Part shown: positions 13,251 to 24,900 of the stretch, piece by piece
How positions within the stretch are numbered: the stretch's first letter is position 1
Layout of the letters: each line of letters starts with the position of its first letter
Source: Setoptus koraiensis
Taxonomy: Eukaryota; Animalia; Arthropoda
DNA length: 64,000 nucleotides
Direction of reading: 5' to 3'
NCBI GenBank assembly: GCA_048013815.1
Contig: CM106585.1
Span: 18,848,001-18,912,000, forward strand
Program-made: the position numbers and the translations under genes
Notes under the pieces: generated by a model
The model's database searches: none
What the model was told of the DNA's origin: nothing
The model's input: only the letters and a program-made list of their open reading frames with translations

Positions 13251-16200
13251 GATGCAAGGAGCAAAACAATTGATTATTACGCAACAATAGTTTCATTGAA
13301 CTTTGTGAGTTTGTCTTTTTCTATTACTATTCTGCTTGTGCGCCCCAACTACTGCCAGCGCCACTACTTCTGGTGCTGGTGCTGTTGCCGCTATTATTAC
13401 TAAACTCCACTACTAAATGACACTTTATATGGGGCATTGGACATGCAACACATTTGGCATTCGGCATTGGGCATTGGGCATTTGTATCAATATTGGGCGC
13501 CACTCTTCTCTATTGGCTGGCTCCATCGTGTCATACTACACGCCGGCTTTGCTGCATGCGCCAGTCAGTTTTGTCTCAAACGTTCCATCTTATTATTACA
13601 ACGACCCGTTTGGGGCCGCCTTCGATAGCTCTCTCGATGGCTGGCGCTGGTGGTGCCACACGTTATAAACATCAAATAATAACACATCAAATGAAGTTGA
13701 GAGAAAACATTACAAAACATTTGCCACGTTATGTGTACGCGCGGCGCGTTGCCGATGTTGCTTGTCGCGATGACTCATCTTGGGGCCCACACTGTTTGCC
13801 TTTGTCACATAGAGCGCAAGCTACAATCTAATGATACAACAACAACAAGCATACAGTCATCATTGTATAATGCTGTTCGGTGCCCACTTTGCTGTGGCCT
13901 CTCTTCGAACAGGGGCACAGGCGCTGATAATGTGCCCTGTCGTCATTAACGTTTATGATGGTCACTCCGCCGAGCAACGGGCCCGCTCGGCACTGTCGCT
14001 CGACAGGTGCGACGGGCCCTCTAGACAATGGGTAACGCTGGCTCAAAGTAAGTTGCTGTCTATGGGCTCAACACGGTGAGCAACGCGCCAGAGTGGAACA
14101 ATTCAATTTGCTATCGGCGCCACCATTGCTGCTGCTGCTGCTCCACTGCTGATCGTTTGCCTGATTAAATCAACGGATTTAATCAGCGAACGGCGACCAA
14201 TTGCATTTGGCCAATCAAATTACAACAACTGTCCAATCTTCTTACCTACTGTGTGTGTGTGTTTGCTCGACCAATTGTCCATTTTAAGCTGCCCATTGTT
14301 GTTTCACATTTTAAACAATTTGTGTGTGCCTACTATAGCGATTTGATTAGATTTTGTTTGTGTCACCAACAATTTGTCCGCTCTGCTTGCTGATTGCAGA
14401 GAGATAACCCCCTCGCGCTGGCCCCACGCTTGGCCCTCCATTGTCCCAGTGTGTGTGTGTGTGTTGGTGTGTTTGTGCCAAATCAAGGTGGCCAACGAAC
14501 AAGCCAGTTGTTGTGTTTGTTTGTCAGCAAAATCATCATCCAATTTCTTAATTTGTCATCCGCTTTTGTGTCCGTCATCTCTGGCCAGCGTCGTCGTCCA
14601 TCAACCGTCAACGATTATCGACGCACAGATCCGTCTATCTATCCGTCTATCTATTTGTCACGTACTATCTCAAACTAGCTGTCTATTATTGACAATTAAG
14701 TTGCTCACTTAAAACTACTTATTGACGGTGCTGAGAAAGAACCCTCACAGGCACCAAACAACTTGGCTGCTGCCGCTGCTGCTTCTTCTTCTTCTTCGTC
14801 GTCGCTCAACGCGCCATGCTAAGTGTGATAGCGATCTACTAGTGACAAACGCCAAAAATTTGTTTCTCGACCATGTTTCTATTTTCATTTTGTCACTTTA
14901 CCTGCTGTTGCAGTTGCTCTTGTAGCTCCAGTGTGGCTCTCTGGGCCTGTCTCAACTTCTAAACCATCTCCGCTCATCTTCTTAAATCGGTCCAATTCAG
15001 TGCACGCGAAAACACTTCTGCTCACTTCGCTGCCGCCAGCGCTGCTGCTGATCTCATCGTCATCCGATCGCACCGAGAGAAAGAGATGATCGCATCAGCC
15101 ATCGCGCCTGTGTACCTGGATAAACCTAAATAACTACACTGGCAGTCAGCAGAGAATTAAGCCGCTCATTCTGCATGAGCAACACATGACACGATGAAAA
15201 TAAATATGATAAAGTTGTGTGTATGTCTTATCTTGATCATCTTGTCAATCGTTGCCTGTCGCTATCCTATTTTCACGTTATTCCTCATGGCCCTTATGCG
15301 TTTTTGTTTGCCTCTCGCTCTCTCGCTCACTTGGTCCAATGTCTCCGATGGCCTCTATTATTCTATCCGCTCCGTACTCTTGGTCGCCGTTGCTGGCTGA
15401 GTATAATAATCTGCTCATCCCATATCTGGCCTATCTGCTGCAACTGTTGACCGGGCTCCCCCCTGCAACATGAAGAATTTATCCATCAAAAAGGAATTTA
15501 TTTATCTCTGCTCTCTATGTGTCTAGATGGCAATCAAAGTGGTTGTCGCACCAATAAATCAATCGATGATACTATTGATATATTTTTGACAGGTATCAAA
15601 CCTAATCTGTATACTGTCAACCATCTCGGGCGGCATCTTGCCTCCGCCACTTACATCTCAATCAAGTATGAGTTTACAAACTTACCGTTGTTGTCGTTAA
15701 CTGATTAATGATGATACATCTGCGCACAGCTCACTTGATCTAGATACATCATCTGCGTCTAGATTCTAGATGGATATCCATGGATGGAGAGGATCGTCAT
15801 CCGGAGGGCCTGCAATTGAAGAGTCTAGAATTTAATGAGCAGCGTCTGTAGGGCGCTTGTTACAGAGATGAATGAATGAATAGATGAGAGATCAATTTAA
15901 CGAAAGGATCAAAGAGCATCCCTGGCCATCTAGTCAGCTGGCCGGCGGGCCGGCCAGCCTGATGAGAGGCAAACTAAGCTAACTAACAGAGAGAAAGAGA
16001 TAGATATATTGATGATGGATATCCATCGTTATTGTGCTCAAAGCTGCACGTGCTAGCAAGAGGTACGTGCCACTTATTATACTGGTGATAGATAGTCCAC
16101 GACAGGCAGGCATCAGTGGCAGTGGCAACTATCTATCCCAACGTAACTAATGGCAATAACAATAGCTGGACAATGGATAGCAAGCTGGCGGTGGCCAGCT

Positions 16201-19200
16201 CAGCCGAGAATTTGCTGCTTGCGCCGATGCTCAAGTATTAGCAGCAGCGGCGGCAACAGCAGTAGCAGCGCCAGATCACTATCATGCCCATTAGATAGAG
16301 ATGTAAAAAGGTGGCCATAGTCAGAGAGATGCAATGGTGACGACTAAGCTCACCTGATACCACGTGAGCTGAGTAGTGGTAATAATGTAATAATACCTGG
16401 CTGGCCCATCAGTGCCAAAAACTCGAGCTCGCGCGCGCGCCTGTATAACCCAATCTAATTGGTTTCAACATCATCAGCTCACAGATCGATCTATCTTGGA
16501 CAGGTGGGGTCCTCCCATGTCTGATGGTGACTGGGCGATATCATGGCCGTCGGCAGTGGCGCCACTGGCTGCTGGCAGCTTGTTGTTGTTGTTGTTGTTG
16601 CTGCTTTTGTGTGTGAGAGGGCGACTAATCGAAGCCAGTGTTAAACAATGTGTTCACTGACGGCTCGCAACGAGTGACCATGATCATCATCATGGTCACT
16701 GGCGCTGTCAAGTTGTTGTATTACATAAGCACAACAACTACTATTTGTTATTAAATGATCCGAATGAGAGCACCATAAGAGTGAGAAAGAGAGCGGACGT
16801 GATTGACGTTGTGATCATGATCATATGAGACAGATTCTCTCTGCCAGCGTCTAGGTGAACCAGTAGCTACATATAGTGTGATCGTTCAAAAGGTTTCTGA
16901 GAGTTTCGCAGTCGCTTAGTTGCTTGCCCGCTCGTAGGCAGCTCATAACTTGGTCATTTAGCTTGCAAACTAGCGCTCGGTGTGTGTAATAGTGGCCATG
17001 TAGATGGATCCATGTTTAGCGGCACGCAAGCACGTCTACGATATGATATATATACTAGCATACGATGTATATATGTAGTAATTTTTACCTGGTCGCGCCG
17101 TTGCTGTTCACCATATCTGCTGATCTACATCAGACTACTGTATTAGAACTTTGTTGCCGCTGCTGCTGCCGTGCGTGCCAATGGTCGTGTGGATTCCTAC
17201 GGGCTCCCTCTGTCCCTGTCCCTGGTCGGGTGAATAATAACAAGTGCGTGCTTCAATTGGCCTACAGTGTGCAGGTAGAGACCGATATTAAGAATGTATA
17301 ATCATAAATAAACACCGAGCACGATAGCGGGCGGACGGGCGGGCGCACAAATAGATGAAAATTTTTCTAAAACAAACAAAAAGCAACACAATGTGCGCCC
17401 GGCAAATCCCTTCAATCCCCACTGGCTGGCATATTGGATTCGGGCGCATCTGGCCTACGACAAGGGCATCAAATATGATGATGATGCCCGATAAAAGACT
17501 GGCTCGAGCCAGCCTCTCGGTTAGATCGTCGGCCGTCGGATGATAGACAGCGAGCTTGTGCGAGCGGTCTAAATTGACATATGGTGTAAAGTTTCTCTCT
17601 TTGACTGGTTCTACTGGCGTGCTGCTGGAGAATTCTCGCTACCAATATATCTTTCGCTACTTGGACGAACAATTGTTTTCACTAACTCTCTCTAACGCGC
17701 GCGGCGGTGATGAATTGCGGCGGCATTGCCTCTCTTGGTTTATCTAACTCTCTATTTAGGCACATCTCACATGATGATTATTGGAGTGACGGCGCTAGAC
17801 GAGATATATCATGATCATCATCTATTTGATCTGTGTGTCCGTGTGATTTTGTGTGTGAGTGTGTGTGAGAAAATCTCTTTCTCTACTTTGATTTAACAGA
17901 AATAGAGAATTCGCAACTTGAAAACTTAGATTGCAATTTGTGTTGGTTTTAGTTGGCGTGACCAACAAATGAAGAAGAATTGAATCTCATCTTTGTGTTG
18001 TTGTTCTTTTTCTTCCTTGGTCAATACATTGCTGCTCATCAGTATCATCACAATCATAATCACCAACTACGAATCGTCAGCGCATAATGATAATGTTATT
18101 GATACTAACGGCGAAGCCGCCGCCGTTTCTGCTGCTGCCGCCGCCACCGCCGACAACAACAACGACCACGACCACTACCAAACATGATACTCTCTGGTTA
18201 TTTGAATACACAAACACACTCACACACACACAAACAACGAACGCTGATAATGTTGATAACGTTCATGATGATGATGGACAGATACACTGACCACTTCATG
18301 GACAAACAACAAATGCTAGCCAACGCTTGCCGTGACGACTCATGTGATGCTACTTGGTGATTTCGATGATTTTAATCATCACGGTGATACTACGCTATAC
18401 TGGCAGTGGTCTTCATCCTGGTGCTAGCGGTGGCATTAAATCTCCTCTTGCCACTACCATGGCTAAATTATCTCTTTTATCTATTCTTCTCTGTCTAATT
18501 TTATCTATTTGCATTCATTACTAGTTTTATCTAATCCTCCTTAATAGAACAATAATATCCTTTGATATTGAAACACGTGAAACACACCGTCTCTGCCTAT
18601 TGTTTAACGGCAGCCGCCGACACACACAAACACAATAACCATAGCATTGATATTGGTGAAATCGGAATCATTCGCACTGATTTCACCACACCGATGGAAC
18701 TGCCAGTTGAAAGCAATCTGAAAATCTAGCGGAACCGAGTGGAACCACACACATTCAGATTCTGCATTTCAGACATGGACAAAAGTTGCTTCCTACTGTC
18801 AGATTTTGAGCTCCTGTCAACTCGATCATGACCATGTCCGATTGTGTCCGATTCGCTTCTACGTCTAGCATAATGATTGTAAGAATTATCACCTATCGTA
18901 TAATCTAATCTTATTTGCTGCACTCGCGTCCACCATACCACCAGTATGTATATTATCAGCGGTAACCGATATAGCGCTTTGTATCTGCGCATACCATCAC
19001 CATATAGTATCATTTCTATTCATATGTGCCATACCCTGTTTGTCCTTACACCTGGTAGTATCTGGTAAATGATATGCAGCCTCCATGGTGGCCTATCACT
19101 GATGCGATACGACTGTTCTGACTATGAAGCCTTCCCATGAGTTACAGATACAATGCATCAAGCCACATTTATTATAGATACTGTGTATGGAATCTAAGAA

Positions 19201-21227
19201 AGCCATACTGATCGCCATCTCACCATCAGCAGCACTTGTTTCTATTGGAAATGTGCCTGTCCGTTCTTAATGCGAATCAAGTCTAGCCAAGGTGTGCTCT
19301 ATGACCATAGTAGCTGGCTTAAATGAATAGGTCGACTCCCATCCGAAGCTTACACAATCAATATATTTGAATCCGCATCATTTGCTGTGGCAGCAAACGC
19401 ATTCTCTCAATTTGGGTCGTCAAAGGCCAAGTAGGGCTAATGTGCAAACATCTGATGCCGTTGTTACGACGACCGTGATACTGTTCTGGCCCCAAAAGCA
19501 CTAGTGCACCCTGCAGTCAATGGTTGCGTTGTAGTATGAGGCTTAGATCAAGGTGAACAAAAGATCCACAACTAGGCTTATGGACAACGAGTGAAGGTGG
19601 TTGCGACGATAATATGCCGCTTGCCTCATTTTATCCTTATTATTTTTGCCTTTGACGGCTGACATATATATAGCACGTCGCACAACGATCCAGATATTGT
19701 GAGTGGCGACCAATGGGTATGTAGTGCGAGAATGGAAGAAGGAAGAGAGAGAGTATTATGTATTTAAGTCAATATTAATCAGCAATATCAAATAGGTGTC
19801 CCAGTGCCTGATGGCAGTGAGAGGTAGTGTGGCCGATAAGGAGAGAGGGACAAACATATGAGTTTGATCAGGGAAAAAACTTTTCCCTTCTCTATCCTTA
19901 TCCTATCCTGCTTATCCACGATGTCCATTCTTTGAAAAACATACACACACAGTTATGTGCCCCCATCCAGCAGAAACTAATTTGTAAAAGCCAGCATTTG
20001 TGTAATGTGCATCTATCTGTCTTCTTATATATTCATATGCTGATGGATTAGTAGATGAATATGATTTCATTTGCTATAGGAATATCAACACGATTTCATC
20101 CCTATGCCAATATACAGATATGCGTGCGCGTCTGTTATATCTACGATTTGTGCGAACCACAGTGTGTTATTAGTGACTAGTATATATCTTTTTTACACCA
20201 TGAATATATATGTATGTTCATATGGATTCTCTTTTGTTAGCCGGGCTTCACTTCCAGTTTCTTAATCCATAATGTGTTCTTTATCTTGGTTTTAGTTGAA
20301 AAGATTTTGTCTCTGACTGTCTCTCTCCCATCTCTACTGATGATGCTAATCTGTTAATCTAGCGCGCACACACACACATGTACAAACAACTGTTGGCTGC
20401 TAATCTAAATGTTTAATGTGACACGATTCAATCGGATTGGATCGAATCAAGTTGAGTATTGGAAAAGAGAATTCTAGGTGAGGCAACTGGACCCGATATG
20501 ATCCGATTTGATCTGATTCTATCTAAACTGATTATATTGAACAGGATGCCATTGGTGGAGCGGGCGCATGACAGATTCATCTGGACACTCAGCCGGTGGG
20601 GTGTGGAATGGGAATTTATCTCTGTCTATGCTGTACAATGTGCATACATGTGATAATGAATATCGAATTGTAAATTGTAAGCATTGTGCCGCGTGTATGT
20701 AAGGTCCAATTTGGTTGATTTAGGCTATTTCGTACAGTACATGTTAGATAATAATGATTAGATTGCCGACGACAGTAATTGAGACAAGAATATTTGTTAC
20801 AATTCGCTCAATATGCAGATATCGCAGACGCGCTGCACGAGCTGATTGTGGCACCGGCTTGAGTGATTCGCCCAGAGGCCGCCATTTGTGGCCCATTCAG
20901 TGGGCAAATTCAACATGAAGTATGCTGACTAATTGTGCCGAGATTGACCGCAAGGTGTCATTGTGAGACACCAAGTTGGACATTATCTAAGATGGCACTG
21001 GCGAGAGAACTGAAATCCAGACAGACACACATACAATGGATGGCCTATTCATTAGTTGGCGTGCTTGCTAGTCTCTGCGCTGCAACTCATGAACCCAATA
21101 TATTCCCAATATGCAGCAGTATTTGTTTCGTGTGTCTCACAATGTTTACTTACTGAACACACGCACAAACTGTACACTGTACAGTGTACAAGCTGTAGCG
21201 AAAAAATATAAACACTGGCAGCAAGTA

Positions 21228-21390
21228 GAGAGAGAGAGAGAGAGACGCATGCGCACCGCCACCGAATGCAGAGGAATTCACATAGTGGTGATGTTTCGTC
21301 TTTTCCTCCCCTCCCCCCGCAACCACCAATGCAGTGCGCGCTTCTGATGGGTGGGAAAGAACACACGCACACACACACACACACACACTC
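21228..21390. repeat. (GA)n and (CA)n microsatellites upstream of the teneurin-like gene
   Basis: GAGAGAGAGAGAGAGAGA near 21228-21245 and (CA)n near 21362-21388, about 550-700 bp before the ATG at 21932. Confidence 0.75.
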
Positions 21391-21931
21391 AGACATGAAA
21401 CAAGAATAGTCGGCATCGGATAAAAGTTCTATCTGTCGCTCTCTGTGTTCGTATCGTTTATTTCTAGTTTAGGTTCCATGCGATACGGACGTGCTGTGTG
21501 TTATTATCAAAGCACCATTATTAGTATTATCACCACAACACAACCACGATTATTATTTATCTGATGATAATAATAATTTTTTATTTGGTCGACAAGAGAA
21601 AAGTTGAGTTATAACAGCAAGAGAGAATAAAATCGTCGTCAAAAAGAAGGGACAAGACACAAGAAACAACGAAAAAAATCATACATGAAGAAGAAACAAA
21701 AAACAACAACCACGTCAAAGAAATAAGAAGCTCCTTTTCCTCATGACAATACGAGAATTATACTATATAACTACAATAATGTGCACATATACACCGATAA
21801 AGCAAGCAACAAATCTTGTATGACACATCGGCAGCTAACAGCTACCACCAAGACACAACAACAAGAAGCCCGATAAATCGACCTAAAATCAATCGCGCAA
21901 CAAGATAAATTACCGGTCTCATTTAGCCAAG

Positions 21932-24900
21932 ATGACGACTAAAAACATCAACTACCAATCCAATGGTAGCAACAACAATAACAAACCTCTGATTAGTGAT
22001 GAATACGATAATGGCCTGCCTATTCAAGGTGGACAATCCATTTTAGCGCCACAGTATGCCTATCATATTTATGATCAAATTGTTCCTTACATGATCAGCA
22101 GCAACACCACCACTTCCAACAATGTCAACAATAGTCAATCGACCAACGATACTAACAATACTGCTACCACCAACAACACCCTTTATGATCATATTTATCA
22201 TCAAATGCCTGGTTACTCACTATCTAGCACATTGAATAATTATGATGCCATCCTACAGCCTAATCTAATGCAACACCAGCATCCATCTATAAGTATGGGA
22301 CCGTCTTCTTTCAAATCGTCGTCGACTTCCTCGTCTTCGGCTGCCTCAGCAAGTACCACCACCACCACAACCTCAGGTACCAGTAACAATGGTGGTCAGT
22401 GCAATCAATCAACAAATCAATTGTTGCAACACCACCATCTTCATCAAACAAATCAGCATCACCCTCAGCAGCATTTGCATCAAATTAATAATCAATCATC
22501 CTATAATTTGGCCCATCATCTAAATGGTGCTTTAACAACTGTACCTTGTCGAGATCGTCATTGCACACTTAATTTAGCAGCAACAAATTTCAATACTAGT
22601 GGTGGTAATAGAAGACATCTTCAACATCAGCATTCATATAATCACAGCTTGCATGCAATGCAACAGCATCAGCTACTAGCTCAAGCCTCAAACAATAATA
22701 GTCATCATCTTCACAATAATGTTATTGTCAATCATCACAATCACCAACAAAATGCGAAAATCAGCCCATCTTCCAAGGTTCTATCTAAGATCTCATCATT
22801 ATTTGCACCCTCCATTAATGGTATGATTGGCTTGCGTAATAATCTTACAAATTTAGCAAGCAATTCTAACACTAATAGTCTTAAGAAAACAACACAGTTG
22901 TCACAACATTTTCAAAGCAATCAAAAAACATCGCCATTACATCTTCAAACTCAACTATCACCTATGCCTCTATTAGGTGGTGTCAATGGTCAACAGACGA
23001 CTACTACAACGTCCACCTCGGCCTCAAGTCATTCAAAATTTCACCAACAAAAATCTCCTAATCATCACCTCTTTCAACACCCAGCTGATATCATGAATGT
23101 GAATCCTGACTCATGTCGTGATGATTCTAGCGATCTGAGTATCAATTATGATTTGATCATAATCAAACAGCAACAACATGAAAGGAAACAGCAACGTAAA
23201 CGAATTCGTAATAATCTTATATTCTGGGCATTAGTGACTACAATTTTAATTAGTGTGATAGGTATTACAATAAGAGCCATCTTCATGGGTGAGTACAGCT
23301 TCCGAATTAAAGTCTCTTCAGTTAGAAAAAAAAACGAAGGGAAAATATCGCCAACTTCTCCAGTTCCATTTTTTATAGGAGCTAAGAGAAGAAATATTTT
23401 ACTAAATAAACGAATTTTTTTCCATACCCTAAATACGCATTCATCAGATAATCAAGCACCCTCATCTCAGAATAGTAACTTTGAACAATTGTATCCAAAT
23501 GGAAATCCTGAACTCACATGGCAAACTCAAGCAGATCCTAGCAATGATCCAAACAATAAAATCCTCAAATCAAGCCCATATTCTCCAAGAGGCAACAGTG
23601 CGCCATCTACCGTTCCAATTTATAGACCTAATTCGATATCCGTGCCATGGGAGCCTACTAGATATCCAGATACAGTAGACCTAACGCAATTAAAAGTTGG
23701 TCCCAATCAGATACCTGATATTTCTAGTCAACAAAATCCTATCTACAGGGGCGACATGGTTCCTCAGTTGAGAGCCCAAGCAGAATGCAGTGGTCATGGA
23801 GTTTCTATTAGAGGCGTTTGCAAGTGTGATGTGGGTTACAAAGGTCTAGATTGTCAGCAAAGTATTTCTGAATGTTCTTCAAGCAATTGTAACAACAATG
23901 GCCAGTGTATCGATGGTCAGTGCCAATGTTATGCTGGTTTCACTGGCGATCAATGCGCGGATCGGGATTGTAATGATAAGAAATGTTCGAATAATGGATT
24001 TTGTTCACCTGTTACAGGACAATGCCAATGTACTCCAGGATACAAGGGAGTTTCATGTGAACTACGTGATGATGAGATTTTGCAACGATTGTTAAACTGC
24101 TCGAATCATGGCCAACTCAATTTGAATGAAAAGAGGTGTATCTGTGATCACGGATTTGTTGGATTTGATTGTTCAGAGGAAAAATGTGATGCAAATGTTG
24201 ATTGCGGGCAAAATGGTATTTATAATTGTCAATCTGGAAAGTGTACTTGCAACGACGGCTATTACGGTGATAGATGTGAGTTACAGCTATGCTCATCACA
24301 ATGTATGCATCATGGACATTGTGTCAATGGAACTTGTGTTTGTCAACAAGGATTTTATGGTAAACACTGCACTATTGATGGATGCCCCAACGACTGCAGC
24401 GGTAGAGGCGAATGCATTAGAAAAAGTCCCCTCTCCCAGGAATGGCACTGTCATTGCCAGCCTGGCTCTACCTCTGACGATTGTAGTCTTTTGTTAGAGC
24501 AGACGTGTGACGATGGTATCGACAATGACGAAGGTGAGTTAGAAACTGAAAATTGATATTCAATCATACTCAATCTTGATTTATATACTAAGATCTAACA
24601 ATCAATACCCTTCACATATTTTTATACATATATATTGACATAATTATTTTATAGATGGATTAATCGATTGTGCTGACAGTGAATGCTGCTCAGAACGTGC
24701 CTGCCAGAATAGCACATTTTGTCTCAAATCAGCAAATCCTATGGATATTCTTATGAGAAAACAACCACCACCACCAACCTCATCATTTTTCCAAAGGATG
24801 CAATTCTTGATAGATAAAGATTCATCACAGAGCTATGCCACTCTCAAGGACTTCACAGACAGGTAAGTGAAAGTAAAAATACTTTTCTATAACATCATTA

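Noticed and set aside
95-14100. Dozens of 60-210 aa ORFs on both strands in the GC-rich left domain
   Set aside because: They are Arg/Ala/Pro/Gly-rich, overlap in all frames and have no domain motifs. This is expected from stop-codon scarcity in GC-rich DNA and from triplet repeats.
18654-18688. 12-bp hairpin TGGTGAAATCGG...CTGATTTCACCA as a pre-miRNA
   Set aside because: The stem is too short, and it does not match the conserved arthropod miRNAs I could recall.
18726-19013. 95-aa minus-strand ORF with a hydrophobic stretch (LPLIIYILVVWW)
   Set aside because: Closed by an upstream stop, with no family motif and no splice partners I could support. A small membrane peptide cannot be fully excluded.
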